IMG/VR virus record: IMGVR_UViG_3300048583_000034
Coordinates: 1 to 64,000 of that record
DNA length: 64,000 bases
From: a virus
Reading direction: 5' to 3' (one strand)
This document shows positions 1 through 10,511 of the stretch, piece after piece; the stretch's first letter is position 1; every line of letters begins with the position of its first letter. The translations under genes and the position numbers were made by a program. The notes under the pieces are model-generated. The model did not search any database. It was not told the origin of the DNA and worked only from the letters and a program-made list of their open reading frames with translations.

Positions 1-2
1 TG

Positions 3-647
3 TTTAGGTCTATAGTAAAATGTTGTGAAGATGTTCCAGAAGTATTAGTAATAAGCACTGGGAAATTTCCTTTGCTTAGACCACCTAAGCCATTATTTGA
101 CACTCTTTACATGCCACACACATCACATGGCGATGCAGTGAACGAAGCATTTAGATTGGTCAAAACAAGATACATGTTATTGGTTGATTCCGACGTATTA
201 TTTCTTGACGATATCTACAAGCCTTTTGAGAAATTTAAGGAAGGAAAATTTACCTTAATGGGTGAAGTTGTTGGAAATCGAGGTGGTAAATCACTTTATC
301 CGAGAGTAAATCCATGGTTTTGTTTTTTGGATCTCGACACCTTAAAGGAATATGATATAAAGTTCTATGATCATTACAGAACCAAAGAATTGAAGTCTGA
401 CAAGATTTATGATATCGGGTCAACCATGTTTGAAGATATCATAAACGCTGATCTATTGATAGCCGATATTAAGATGGAGGGAAAATATTTCAAACATTAC
501 GAGGGTATGTCGTGGAGAGTTCAGAAGTATAATCCCGATAATGGTGATACCGATATTGATGTAGGCGGAACACACGACAATAAAGTATTATACGAATACG
601 GTCTAAAGGTTAGAGAGCAATATGAGAAAGATGTTAAGGGGTTATGA
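3..647 (+). CDS. Glycosyltransferase, GT2-like (5' partial)
   Basis: Frame is open from the window edge; SHGDAVN and LLVDSD (DxD) motifs. Confidence 0.7.
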   Translation, partial: FRSIVKCCEDVPEVLVISTGKFPLLRPPKPLFDTLYMPHTSHGDAVNEAFRLVKTRYMLLVDSDVLFLDDIYKPFEKFKEGKFTLMGEVVGNRGGKSLYPRVNPWFCFLDLDTLKEYDIKFYDHYRTKELKSDKIYDIGSTMFEDIINADLLIADIKMEGKYFKHYEGMSWRVQKYNPDNGDTDIDVGGTHDNKVLYEYGLKVREQYEKDVKGL

Positions 648-1417
648 CATATATTAAATTACAAGGAGGATTAGGGAATCAGTTATTTCAAGTAGCTGCT
701 GCATTTGCATACTCTAAAAAACACAAGACAGAATTATATCTAGATGCTTCTGAATGGCATGGTTCACAGGGAAAAAACGGATTCGAATATCAAAACACCA
801 TATTTAAAAATTTCAAATATGATCAAAGGTTTTGTGGAGATGTTGAATTTCCGATATATTATAACGAAAAGAGATTTAATTATGATCCTATACCGAAATA
901 TAATTTAGAAGAATATGGGGCATCTCACTTATCTATCTCTGGTTACTTCCAATCTTTGAAATATTTTCAAGATTATAAGGATGAATTCATCGAGATGTTG
1001 GAGTTACCGAATCCACACTATCACCCAGAACCAGATGATGTTGGCATCCATATCAGGAGAGGTGATTACTTAGTTCATAGTCATATTCACCATGTTTGTG
1101 ATTATGAATATTTCACAAACGCTTTAGATTTATTTCCAGAAGCTAAGAACGTGAATATTTTTACCGATGCTAAGGATACTAGTAGAGATGGAATTTTCCA
1201 ACTTGGTGATTCTGCACGCATCATTGATGGTGGCGATGAATTAATTGACTTTACTTTGCTTAGTAGGCATGCTAATATCATTGCCAGCAACAGTTCATTC
1301 TCTTGGTGGGCATCCTTAATAGGCGAACCGAAGAATAAAATTGTAGTCCCAAAGATTTGGTTCAAAAATTTCGAAAATCACGATGACATCTACAGAGACG
1401 AATTTATCAGAATATAA
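644..1417 (+). CDS. Alpha-1,2-fucosyltransferase (GT11)
   Basis: GGLGNQLFQ, GYFQS, HIRRGDY and NSSFSWW motifs. Confidence 0.9.
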   Translation: MTYIKLQGGLGNQLFQVAAAFAYSKKHKTELYLDASEWHGSQGKNGFEYQNTIFKNFKYDQRFCGDVEFPIYYNEKRFNYDPIPKYNLEEYGASHLSISGYFQSLKYFQDYKDEFIEMLELPNPHYHPEPDDVGIHIRRGDYLVHSHIHHVCDYEYFTNALDLFPEAKNVNIFTDAKDTSRDGIFQLGDSARIIDGGDELIDFTLLSRHANIIASNSSFSWWASLIGEPKNKIVVPKIWFKNFENHDDIYRDEFIRI

Positions 1418-2180
1418 GTTACCTCAACTTTCGGTAATAATCCATTACCGAAAGGACTGTGAGGATAGAGAACATAATCTAAAGACCCTATTGAGTTTTT
1501 TAGATCATAAATTTGTGTTATGTGATATCACAGTAATTGTAGATGATAAGATTTTTGATGAAGAACTCAGAACACAGAAGAAAAGATATCCAGACCTAAA
1601 GGTTTTATTTTTCCAAAATGATGACGAATTTAAAAAGGCTCATTGCTTCAATGAGGCTGTTAAACAATCATCTGGTAGTGTTTTATGTTTTTGGGATGTA
1701 GACGTTTTGATTGAGCCAGCAGCAATCTACGCTGCTCATAATGATATTCTTATCGGGATATATGATCATGTGTATCCATACAATGGGATCTTTGTTGACG
1801 TTAAGAAAAACTTTTTTCCAGAATTCATGAGTCCCGGATATGGTTACTTCGATTTCGAAACTTTGAAAAAAGAACTAACCTCATTCGAGCTTGGATTCTA
1901 TAACGGAAATGTTCATGTCATCTCGAATAACTCTCCGGGTGGATGTAACCTAATTGATCGAGATTCATTTTATAGAATTGGTGGATATGATGAAAACTTT
2001 ATTGGTTGGGGATTTGAAGATACTGATTTTAGAGAGAGATCCAAGAAAGTTAATCGTGTAACTTACCAAACTGGGAATGTCTTGTGGCACTTAAACCATT
2101 CCACTCACGATGATCAAGACAGGGCTAAACAACCACACTATCTCAATAATATGAGAACCTTTAATAACAATTTACAATGA
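1383..2180 (+). CDS. Glycosyltransferase, GT2/GT7-C-like
   Basis: FWDVD and GGYDENFIGWGFEDTDF motifs; exact start uncertain. Confidence 0.8.
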   Translation: MTSTETNLSEYKLPQLSVIIHYRKDCEDREHNLKTLLSFLDHKFVLCDITVIVDDKIFDEELRTQKKRYPDLKVLFFQNDDEFKKAHCFNEAVKQSSGSVLCFWDVDVLIEPAAIYAAHNDILIGIYDHVYPYNGIFVDVKKNFFPEFMSPGYGYFDFETLKKELTSFELGFYNGNVHVISNNSPGGCNLIDRDSFYRIGGYDENFIGWGFEDTDFRERSKKVNRVTYQTGNVLWHLNHSTHDDQDRAKQPHYLNNMRTFNNNLQ

Positions 2181-2773
2181 TTGAAGAATACATAGAAAAG
2201 ACACTAACAGGCACAGGAGATTCAGATCAACATTTATTGACTCTGTTTTCAATTGCTTTAGCCTGTAAAGGAAAACAATACATCGAATTGGGTGTTCGAA
2301 ATGGGACAACAACTAAACCAATATTACAAGCGGTTTCGAGAAACGGTGGATTTTTACATTCTGTCGATATTGACGATTGCCCATTTGGTTCCAAGGAGGA
2401 TAAAAATTATAAGTTCTACAAACAAGATGCTGTGGAGTTTTTACTAGAATGGGAAAAATATAGAGACGATTCTCCAGACTTTGTTTATCTTGACGATTGG
2501 CATTCCTATGACCATGTTAAGCGAGAATTGGAGGTTCTTGATAGAATTGTCTCTCCCTCCACAATCATCTGTATCCATGATCTGATGTATGGTAACACTT
2601 GTCCCTTCTACCACACCGATCTTACTCTCAAAGAGGGTCAGTGGGCAAATGGTGGACCGTATCGTGCGGTTGCTGAACTCAACCCACAGTTCTGGGAATT
2701 CGCAACGTTGCCATGGAACAATGGATTAACAATTCTTAGAAAGAAATACTCTAATAAATATGCTCAACGTTAA
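2177..2773 (+). CDS. Class I SAM-dependent methyltransferase (Methyltransf_24-like)
   Basis: IELGVRNG, SVDID, YLDDWHSY and IHD motifs. Confidence 0.8.
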   Translation: MIEEYIEKTLTGTGDSDQHLLTLFSIALACKGKQYIELGVRNGTTTKPILQAVSRNGGFLHSVDIDDCPFGSKEDKNYKFYKQDAVEFLLEWEKYRDDSPDFVYLDDWHSYDHVKRELEVLDRIVSPSTIICIHDLMYGNTCPFYHTDLTLKEGQWANGGPYRAVAELNPQFWEFATLPWNNGLTILRKKYSNKYAQR

Positions 2774-3602
2774 TTTATTTGATAACAACTTTTATCATTC
2801 GAAGGATCATGTTGGTGTATTCACTTCGACCTACACGTATCCACCAGCCAAGATATATTACATTGATAGATTGATGTCTTATGACGGAATCACTCTATTC
2901 ACTGATGATTTTATTTTTGATCCTGTGGTTGATCAGGTTTCTTCTAGACTGAAGATCGCTTGGTTGTTTGAGCCAAGGTGCTTTAGCAATTACTACGATA
3001 GAATTATCGAGATAGAAGACAAGTTTGACTATATCCTCACTTATGATGCCGAACTCTTGAAGCGTGGTGAGAAGTATATTAAATACATTGTTGGTCAGAG
3101 TAGAATTCCTGACAATGTTGCTAAAATTTATTCGAAGACTAAAGGTATTTCTATGATTGCCTCTAATAAGAGAATGAGCGATGGTCACAATTTTCGCCAC
3201 GAAATTATTGACAAATTGCAATCAAAATACAATTTTGATGTTTGGGGTTCTGGATATAAACTATTCGATGATAAACTGGAACCGTTAAAAGATTATAAAT
3301 ATAGTATATGCGTGATGAATAGTTCTGCTGACAATTTCTTCACTGAGGTATTATTGGATTGTTTTAGGGTTGGGACTATCCCTATTTTCTGGGGTTGCCC
3401 AAATATTGGAGATTATTTTCTAACTTCGGGGTTCCCAACATTTAAAAACATAGAAGAATTGGATACGCTTTTAGCTATGCTGTCTAGTGATTTTCAACAC
3501 ACTTCGGAATTAATTGAAGATTGTAAAGAAAAAAATTTCGAATATGTCAAAAGATATATCCATACAGATGACTACATCGCAACCATTTTAGAAACATTGT
3601 GA
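2760..3602 (+). CDS. GT10-like (alpha-1,3-fucosyltransferase family) protein
   Basis: YKYSICVMNS...FFTEVLLDCF..GTIPIFWG. Confidence 0.75.
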   Translation: MLNVNLFDNNFYHSKDHVGVFTSTYTYPPAKIYYIDRLMSYDGITLFTDDFIFDPVVDQVSSRLKIAWLFEPRCFSNYYDRIIEIEDKFDYILTYDAELLKRGEKYIKYIVGQSRIPDNVAKIYSKTKGISMIASNKRMSDGHNFRHEIIDKLQSKYNFDVWGSGYKLFDDKLEPLKDYKYSICVMNSSADNFFTEVLLDCFRVGTIPIFWGCPNIGDYFLTSGFPTFKNIEELDTLLAMLSSDFQHTSELIEDCKEKNFEYVKRYIHTDDYIATILETL

Positions 3603-4414
3603 GAATTTTAGTTTTAGGAAGTGAAGGACAAATTGGGAAACCAACATGCGAACATCTAAAAAAGATGGGACATGAAGTAATTGAAATTGATATCAAAATC
3701 AATAAGTATCATGACTTGAGAGAGCGTAATATCATTATTGAAGGTGCCGTAAAGGCTTGTAGTTTTGTCTTTTATTTTGCGTCTGATGTTGGTGGAGCGA
3801 AGTATCTAGAAGCTAATGAACACTCATATGAGTTCATTAAAAACAACATGCAGATAATGACCACGACATTTTCTCTTCTGGAGAAATATAATAAACCATT
3901 CATCTTCACATCTTCTCAGATGGCAGAGTTGTCTCATTCCACATACGGGATGCTGAAGCTTCTTGGAGAGAAGATGACTAATGATTTGGGTGGATTGGTT
4001 GTTCGTTTATGGAATGTATACGGAATAGAACATGATGACGAAAAGTCTCATGTCATCACAGACTTCTGTTCAATGGCTAAACATAATGGCTATATCAAAA
4101 TGCGAACAGATGGTTCTGAGTCTCGCCAATTATTATATGTGGATGACTGCGTCGAAGCTCTAGAGATCTTGGCAACACGTTATTATAAATTGGAGAGAGA
4201 TAAGAATTATCACATCACAAGCTTTGAGTGGACCACTATCTTCGAAGTAGCATCTATCATCCAGAATATTTCATCTTGTGGTGTGGAGATTGGAGATCGA
4301 AAGGATCTCACACAAATGAATGCTATGAATCCACCCGATCCATACATTCTTAATTACTGGAAACCTAAGACTTCGCTTGTAGAAGGAATAACCAAAATTT
4401 ATGAAGCAACTTAA
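3599..4414 (+). CDS. NAD-dependent epimerase/dehydratase
   Basis: GSEGQIG, YGMLK and RLWNVYG motifs. Confidence 0.85.
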   Translation: MRILVLGSEGQIGKPTCEHLKKMGHEVIEIDIKINKYHDLRERNIIIEGAVKACSFVFYFASDVGGAKYLEANEHSYEFIKNNMQIMTTTFSLLEKYNKPFIFTSSQMAELSHSTYGMLKLLGEKMTNDLGGLVVRLWNVYGIEHDDEKSHVITDFCSMAKHNGYIKMRTDGSESRQLLYVDDCVEALEILATRYYKLERDKNYHITSFEWTTIFEVASIIQNISSCGVEIGDRKDLTQMNAMNPPDPYILNYWKPKTSLVEGITKIYEAT

Positions 4415-4826
4415 AACAGTTTATATCGCAGGGTGTTGGGATTTCTGTCACGAAGGACATATCAACATCATCAAAAAGGCCAAAGAGTTTGGTGATCTTC
4501 TTGTGGTTGCTGTCAATTCCGATAAATTTATCTGGCAATATAAGAGAATTCAAATGGCGAACAGTGAAAATGTTCGTCTGAATGCGATTAGGCATCTGGG
4601 TTATGTTGATGTTGTTTTCATTCTAGAGGATTATGAATCACAATCTAAGTATATTGACATATTCAAACCGTCTGTTATAGTCCATGGAAGCGACTGGAGT
4701 GGTAGTAGTCTATACAAGCAAATGAATATCACAGAAGAACAGATCGAGATGTATGGGATAGAGTTTAAATACCCTGACTATACACCCGGTGTTTCATCTA
4801 CAATGCTTAGAGAAAAATTAAAATGA
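4401..4826 (+). CDS. Cytidylyltransferase-like (TagD/RfaE-II family)
   Basis: GCWDFCHEGH (HxGH), VVAVNSD, HGSDW and VSST motifs. Confidence 0.85.
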   Translation: MKQLKTVYIAGCWDFCHEGHINIIKKAKEFGDLLVVAVNSDKFIWQYKRIQMANSENVRLNAIRHLGYVDVVFILEDYESQSKYIDIFKPSVIVHGSDWSGSSLYKQMNITEEQIEMYGIEFKYPDYTPGVSSTMLREKLK

Positions 4827-5563
4827 GAGTAGCTGTTTGTTATAGTGGTGGTCTGAGAACATTTAAAAAATGTTACGAGCAGAATCATAAAGTCCTATCT
4901 CAACTAGGAGATTTGGATTACTACATGACAACATGGGAGAAACCATGTTATACCAAAGTTGCCAGATATGATGATGTCCACGCTATCATGGGTGATACTA
5001 TTTACGATGATCTCTTGAAAGCCGATGATATAATCACCACTAGTTACTTGACAAGTATGCTACCATTCAAGGTTTGTAAAGTTGAGTCCATGGCTATTAT
5101 GGATTTGATCATCGATTCGTGTAAAGATATGTCATGGCATATTATGTCACCGTCTAGATTACTCTGTCAATATTATATGATGTCTGTATGTAATTCGTGG
5201 AAGAACATCAGCGGGAAAGAATATGACTTGGTTGTTAGATTGAGGCCAGATGTGGTGATTGACAACGTTCCAGATATTATCGATCCCAATAAATTCTATA
5301 TCAATGAGATCGTGTATAAGGAAACCAAATCAGATATTATGGATATGATCAACGAAATGATTTATATATCCAACCCAGAGAACATGGATAAGATGTGTAA
5401 CATATTCCAAAATTTTAGAGATCTCTGGTCACAGGAAACTGGATATGGTGAAAGAGTTTCCAGAAACAATCTGGAAAAAGAGGGACTATTAGATAAGTGT
5501 GAATACTTTGATTTTGGTATAATAGTTGTTCGCGAAAACGGAAACGATGAATATATAAAATAA
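4823..5563 (+). CDS. Putative glycosyltransferase-like protein
   Basis: RVAVCYSGGLRTF and YDLVVRLRPD, typical of phage glycan islands. Confidence 0.5.
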   Translation: MRVAVCYSGGLRTFKKCYEQNHKVLSQLGDLDYYMTTWEKPCYTKVARYDDVHAIMGDTIYDDLLKADDIITTSYLTSMLPFKVCKVESMAIMDLIIDSCKDMSWHIMSPSRLLCQYYMMSVCNSWKNISGKEYDLVVRLRPDVVIDNVPDIIDPNKFYINEIVYKETKSDIMDMINEMIYISNPENMDKMCNIFQNFRDLWSQETGYGERVSRNNLEKEGLLDKCEYFDFGIIVVRENGNDEYIK

Positions 5564-5565
5564 TT

Positions 5566-5913
5566 ATGACATTCAACGCTTTAAATTATCTCCTTTACGA
5601 GAAGGACAGGGCAGAACTAGATCCTGATCTATTACAGGAATTTGTTCCATTTTTGTGTCAGAAAGTATTTTCGTTTTATGATGGTGGGAGACATGTCAAT
5701 TACGTCAATGACACGTTGAATATATACACTCAGATTTTCTTGGAGAAGGAAGATCAGTTTAGATTTTATGATGCGATCATACCAAAGTTGAGTAGAAGGA
5801 AATGGGAATATATTAAAAAGACTGAGAAGAAAACCAAAGCAAAATTACCTTCAGCTATTCCAGAATTTTACTCTAAAAGAGAGATTGACATCTTAAAAAG
5901 CTATAATAAATAA
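5566..5913 (+). CDS. gp62: Clamp-loader small subunit, gp62-like
   Basis: FVPFL...QFRFY..IPK...IKK pattern and size. Confidence 0.55.
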   Translation: MTFNALNYLLYEKDRAELDPDLLQEFVPFLCQKVFSFYDGGRHVNYVNDTLNIYTQIFLEKEDQFRFYDAIIPKLSRRKWEYIKKTEKKTKAKLPSAIPEFYSKREIDILKSYNK

Positions 5914-5919
5914 GTTTCT

Positions 5920-6357
5920 ATGAGTGATAAATTTGTCCATATTGAACAACCTAAAGTTTCCATTGACCTAGCACCAGTTCAAAAGTCTCACATCGATCTT
6001 TCGGATCGAACTCTACCAACAGATTTTGGGATTACTGATGATTATGTGTTCTCTTCTTTGATTGATGATGTTGTTCTAGTTGAATTCGCTGACATCATTG
6101 AAGATGGTATTGGTGGCCAAGCACTAAGTCGTGGAGGAATCGCTATTCCTTTGTCCCACGTTCAATCTGCTTGGAGAAAGGGTAGAGTTATTCTAATTGG
6201 ACCAAGAGTTCAATATACCAAAGTTGGCGATATTGTTGTGTTCCCGAACAACATGGGCATCGATATTTCTAATCTTGAAGTAGCTGGTCACGGTAAACTG
6301 AAGAATGGTCATTTCCTAAATGAACAAAGAATCTTCGGTATCTGTCACGCTAAATAA
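5920..6357 (+). CDS. groES: GroES-like co-chaperonin (gp31-like)
   Basis: DVVLVE, SRGGIAIP, GRVILIGP, KVGDIVVF and LNEQRIFG motifs. Confidence 0.75.
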   Translation: MSDKFVHIEQPKVSIDLAPVQKSHIDLSDRTLPTDFGITDDYVFSSLIDDVVLVEFADIIEDGIGGQALSRGGIAIPLSHVQSAWRKGRVILIGPRVQYTKVGDIVVFPNNMGIDISNLEVAGHGKLKNGHFLNEQRIFGICHAK

Positions 6358-6361
6358 TTAG

Positions 6362-6907
6362 ATGGCAAAACCTTCTGGAAAGGCGAGATACGAGAAAATC
6401 TGGCAAGATTCTAAAGGAAATTTGCGAGACGCTTGGGGCAGGTTTTTAAAGAACTGGCAGGATATTGATGATTATCAGGAAGATGAATCCTATAAGACCA
6501 ATATCAAAGAAACTGACCGAACAGTTAGTAGGGGAGAATTAAAAAATCTCCTCAACTCTAATGTTTGTGAGATTGTATTTGTCAGACGAAGGCCAGAAAG
6601 AGCACCCGGAAGACCAGAAGTCAGACGAATGTTATGCTCTAATTCTATGAGTATGTTGAATTCCCATACGGGCATCACTCGTTTAAATTTTCATCTTCCT
6701 AGAACTGCTAGGAGAATCGATGAGAATAAACACAACATTGTTGTTGTCTGGGATATCATGATGCAAGACTACCGCAACGTGAGTATGGATAATTGTCACT
6801 TACGTCAAACTATACCAGCAGATGAAACTTGGTGGAAATATTTCGATAAAACCATCTTCACCATGAGTGCTGGACAGAAACAACAATTTATGGATTCGAA
6901 TGGTTGA
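6362..6907 (+). CDS. WYL-like/Sm-fold protein (DUF2693-like)
   Basis: VCEIVFVRR...RRMLC...VVVWDIMMQDYR. Confidence 0.55.
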   Translation: MAKPSGKARYEKIWQDSKGNLRDAWGRFLKNWQDIDDYQEDESYKTNIKETDRTVSRGELKNLLNSNVCEIVFVRRRPERAPGRPEVRRMLCSNSMSMLNSHTGITRLNFHLPRTARRIDENKHNIVVVWDIMMQDYRNVSMDNCHLRQTIPADETWWKYFDKTIFTMSAGQKQQFMDSNG

Positions 6908-6936
6908 TATTATCATTTGATCGAATAAGTATACGT

Positions 6937-7287
6937 ATGCACAAGCTCGAACAGCAACTAAAAAACATCATCCTAAAAAATGTAGATTTTCAAATCGATG
7001 GTAAGTCTATTAAAAGGGGGAAAATCAAGGTTTATAACACCAAACAATTTTTCATTCGATTCAAGCTTGAGCAGGACGACGACAAGCAAGTAGAATATGA
7101 TCTACCATATCCATTCAAAGTGATTCAAAAACCGGATGGTTATATTTTTGATTACACGTTGTCCGCATTTTGTCCGAGGACCGAAGAACTTTATTGGAAA
7201 ATGTTACTGATGAATAAATCAGATGCTTCTCGCCTACACAACAATTATCTCTATCTTGTTACCCACACCATCTCCCTTTCGGGTTGA
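6937..7287 (+). CDS. Hypothetical protein
   Basis: ORF track; start trimmed to the ATG at 6937. Confidence 0.6.
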   Translation: MHKLEQQLKNIILKNVDFQIDGKSIKRGKIKVYNTKQFFIRFKLEQDDDKQVEYDLPYPFKVIQKPDGYIFDYTLSAFCPRTEELYWKMLLMNKSDASRLHNNYLYLVTHTISLSG

Positions 7288-7311
7288 CTTTTACCAAACG
7301 CCTGCTATACT
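7284..7311 (+). promoter_or_regulatory. Sigma70-like promoter
   Basis: TTGACT-N16-TATACT upstream of ATG 7320. Confidence 0.6.
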
Positions 7312-7319
7312 CGTTTCAG

Positions 7320-8936
7320 ATGACTAATTTGATTTTAAACTTTCCCGAAGGCTTTTCTCCCAACAAATCCCAAGTATCCATCCTCAATAAAATTGAGGCA
7401 GCTATCGCTAGCGAAACCAAATTTATTGTTGTCAACGCTCCAACCGGGAGCGGTAAATCATTTATCCCCCCAACATTGGCAAATTCGACTAATGAAGCTT
7501 CTGATACATTCAAACGTAGAGTAGATGATTATACCATCTATGGGGAAGATGGCCCTATGTATGCGGAAGAAGAACCATTATTTGGTTGCTATGCTCTAAC
7601 TATTACCAAATCTCTACAGGATCAATACAAAGACACTTTTGAAGAAACTGGAATTTTAAAAGGTCAAGGAAACTATCAATGTAAAGTTGATGAAACCTTG
7701 ACCGTGGATGTCGCACCATGCACTTACATCGGGAGAATGAAAGCAGATTGTTGGGCATGTAACAAATGCACTTATTACAATCAACGTAATGAAATGGTGA
7801 AGAGTAGATTCGCTTCGCTGAATTACAGCATGTTTTTCTCTCTACCAGATCACTTGAAGAAAAGAAAAATTATCGTTTGTGACGAAGGATCTGAATTAGA
7901 AGATCAATTGGTTTCACAATTTACTTGTGAAATAGATATTCCTTTTTTAGTTAAAACTAACACTGATATCAGCGCATACCCAACACAAGAGACTCCAACT
8001 AAAGTTTTGGATTGGTTGTCGAAAACTCTTATTGCAGTCTCTCAAAACATTGAGAGTTATGCGGAGTTCTTCAAGAATAATAAATCAGACCATTCAGAGT
8101 TCTCCAAGAAAAAAGGTGAATATTCTAAATTGATGAACCTTCAGAGAAGTATGGATGTTCTGATCACGACGTATTACGATTCCCAATATCTGATCGAACA
8201 CATCGAAAAAATCATCAAGTTCATTCCTCTAAAGGTTGATAAACTTTCAAAGTATTTGTTTGATTATGCTGACCATGTCATCATCATGTCGGCTACGATC
8301 ATCGATCCTCCTAACTTCTGTAAGAATTTAGGCATCAAAGATTTTCAATACATTGAAGTAGATTCTATCTTTGATTCTGCGAAAGCACCAATTTATATCC
8401 TAGCTTCTCAGAAATTAAACTTCAAAAATATGAATGATATGTTGCCAAAACTTGCCAAACAAGTTGAAGGAATTCTCGAAGAACATAGTGATCAAAAGGG
8501 AATTGTTCATACACATACACAGTTCATCACAGACTACATGCGAAAGAATGTGAATAGCTCACGCTTGCTCTGTAGGGAGACTGGAGTAAGAAACGAAGAT
8601 CTCCTAAACATTCATGAGAAGACTAGTGATCCGACTGTGCTGGTGAGTCCTAGTATGACCTATGGAGTCGATTTAAAGGGTGATCTCGGTAAGTTCCAAA
8701 TCGTCCTAAAGGCACCTTGGCTACCAACCAAGGAAACCAGAACGGAAAAAATGATGAAGCTCGACAAGGATTGGTATTCTAATAAAATGCTTTGTTCCGT
8801 TGTTCAGGCTTGTGGTAGAATCATTCGCTCTCCAGAAGACGAAGGAAATACATATATTCTGGATGGAACTATTTTCGACGCGATTTATAAAAACAAGTCA
8901 AAGCTTCCTAAATTCTTTTTAGATAGACTACAATGA
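7320..8936 (+). CDS. DinG/XPD-family helicase
   Basis: Q motif, APTGSGKS, Fe-S cysteines, MSAT, GVDL and QACGRIIRS motifs. Confidence 0.85.
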   Translation: MTNLILNFPEGFSPNKSQVSILNKIEAAIASETKFIVVNAPTGSGKSFIPPTLANSTNEASDTFKRRVDDYTIYGEDGPMYAEEEPLFGCYALTITKSLQDQYKDTFEETGILKGQGNYQCKVDETLTVDVAPCTYIGRMKADCWACNKCTYYNQRNEMVKSRFASLNYSMFFSLPDHLKKRKIIVCDEGSELEDQLVSQFTCEIDIPFLVKTNTDISAYPTQETPTKVLDWLSKTLIAVSQNIESYAEFFKNNKSDHSEFSKKKGEYSKLMNLQRSMDVLITTYYDSQYLIEHIEKIIKFIPLKVDKLSKYLFDYADHVIIMSATIIDPPNFCKNLGIKDFQYIEVDSIFDSAKAPIYILASQKLNFKNMNDMLPKLAKQVEGILEEHSDQKGIVHTHTQFITDYMRKNVNSSRLLCRETGVRNEDLLNIHEKTSDPTVLVSPSMTYGVDLKGDLGKFQIVLKAPWLPTKETRTEKMMKLDKDWYSNKMLCSVVQACGRIIRSPEDEGNTYILDGTIFDAIYKNKSKLPKFFLDRLQ

Positions 8937-9289
8937 GTCGAGATATAAGATTTCGTGCTTGGCACAAATATTATGGGGAGTTCATCCCTTGGGATAGACT
9001 GGGTCCGGGTTGTTTTTCGGATGAGGATTATGTGGTCCAACAATTCACTGGATGTTATGATAAGAACGGTAAAGAGATATATGAAGGAGACATTATCCAT
9101 TATTTCCACGATGATTCTTACAAAGTGACAAGCGAGAATTTGGTATGTGTTTACGACCCGAGCAATGCTTGGTTTGGATTCGCATATAATTTAGAAGAAC
9201 CGGCTGAAGGATATTATTGGCAGGAAATTAAGAATTACTGCGAGGTTATTGCCAATATCTTTGATGCACCGCATCTCTTATCTAAATAA
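8933..9289 (+). CDS. YopX-family protein
   Basis: FRAW, QFTG..DKNGKEIYEGDI and EVIANIF motifs. Confidence 0.85.
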   Translation: MSRDIRFRAWHKYYGEFIPWDRLGPGCFSDEDYVVQQFTGCYDKNGKEIYEGDIIHYFHDDSYKVTSENLVCVYDPSNAWFGFAYNLEEPAEGYYWQEIKNYCEVIANIFDAPHLLSK

Positions 9290-9294
9290 GATAA

Positions 9295-10473
9295 GTGAAG
9301 AAACATAGTCATTTTTTTGAACAACAGATAGCTCTAATCCAATTTATTGCTGCGTTTGATGACGCTTTCGTTTTCAGATACACTAAAGACCGTGTAGCTA
9401 AAGAGAAAGTTAATGTTCGATATATCCTTGGACCTAAGCAAAGAGTCCTGTATGACATTGTAAATCAGGCCAAAAATATCACTCTTCCTGCGGTAGCTAT
9501 TGAACAAACCAATATTAAAAGAGATCCTAGTAGAATTCAGAACAAAGAAGAATATATCTACAGAAAGCATCTGAATAGTAACAACATCTCCAAAATTCCT
9601 CAACCTATTCCAGTGATCATGGACCTAAATGTTTCCATGATTGCTGGTTATAAGGAAGATATTGATCAGATTGTTCAAAATTTCATTCCTTGGTGTAACC
9701 CATACTTCATTATTTCTTGGAAGGTTCCAGAGGAATTTGGTCTAGATTTTGATGACGAAATTCGATCAGAGGTTTCTTGGTCCGGTGATGTTAGTTACGA
9801 AAATCCTATCGATATAAGTGAAGATGCCAAATATCGAATTGTTGGTAACACTTCTTTCTCTATTAAAGGTTGGATATTCCCAGCATTTGAGACTACAACT
9901 GCGCCAATTTATGTGGTCAATTCTAATTTCCATACTATTTCCACTGATCTTGATATAGACTCAGCTTACGACTCTTACCCATCTCTGTCCGGGATCGACT
10001 ATTCCACAACTGACGTTATTCTAATTTCAGCTTATCCTGAGTTCACCAATGAGTTTGTGAATGGGCGACCATTTTACGAAAATATCTCGATCCCCGCATC
10101 CAACGAAAATGTTATCACGTTTTATGGTAAAAGATTTGATTTTAATAATAAATGGTATTTAAATTCTAATATCGCGATTCCGGGATTGGTTTATGAGCAG
10201 GTTACAACTGCTAAATTCCCAATAATTTCAGCTTATAGATTACCAGATGAAGTAATACAGATAGTTAATGATAATATTGCGGTGGTTTCTCTTAGTGCCG
10301 AATGGTTGAACGATGATGGATTTACCATTGTGACTGCAAATTCTGCGGGATGGTCCGAAAATAATCATAATATATTAGTTTATACTAATGATACATATGT
10401 ATATACTGAAAATGGAGATAACGTATTAACAGAATTTGGTGATAGTTTGATCATAGATTCCTTTTCTGGTTAA
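9295..10473 (+). CDS. gp15: Tail completion/sheath stabiliser, gp15-like, with C-terminal extension
   Basis: ITLPAVAI, PIPVIMD, QIVQNFIPW.NPY and FSIKGWIFP motifs. Confidence 0.7.
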   Translation: MKKHSHFFEQQIALIQFIAAFDDAFVFRYTKDRVAKEKVNVRYILGPKQRVLYDIVNQAKNITLPAVAIEQTNIKRDPSRIQNKEEYIYRKHLNSNNISKIPQPIPVIMDLNVSMIAGYKEDIDQIVQNFIPWCNPYFIISWKVPEEFGLDFDDEIRSEVSWSGDVSYENPIDISEDAKYRIVGNTSFSIKGWIFPAFETTTAPIYVVNSNFHTISTDLDIDSAYDSYPSLSGIDYSTTDVILISAYPEFTNEFVNGRPFYENISIPASNENVITFYGKRFDFNNKWYLNSNIAIPGLVYEQVTTAKFPIISAYRLPDEVIQIVNDNIAVVSLSAEWLNDDGFTIVTANSAGWSENNHNILVYTNDTYVYTENGDNVLTEFGDSLIIDSFSG

Positions 10474-10511
10474 CATACTTGCGAATTCAACATATTAGGT
10501 TAAATACCATT

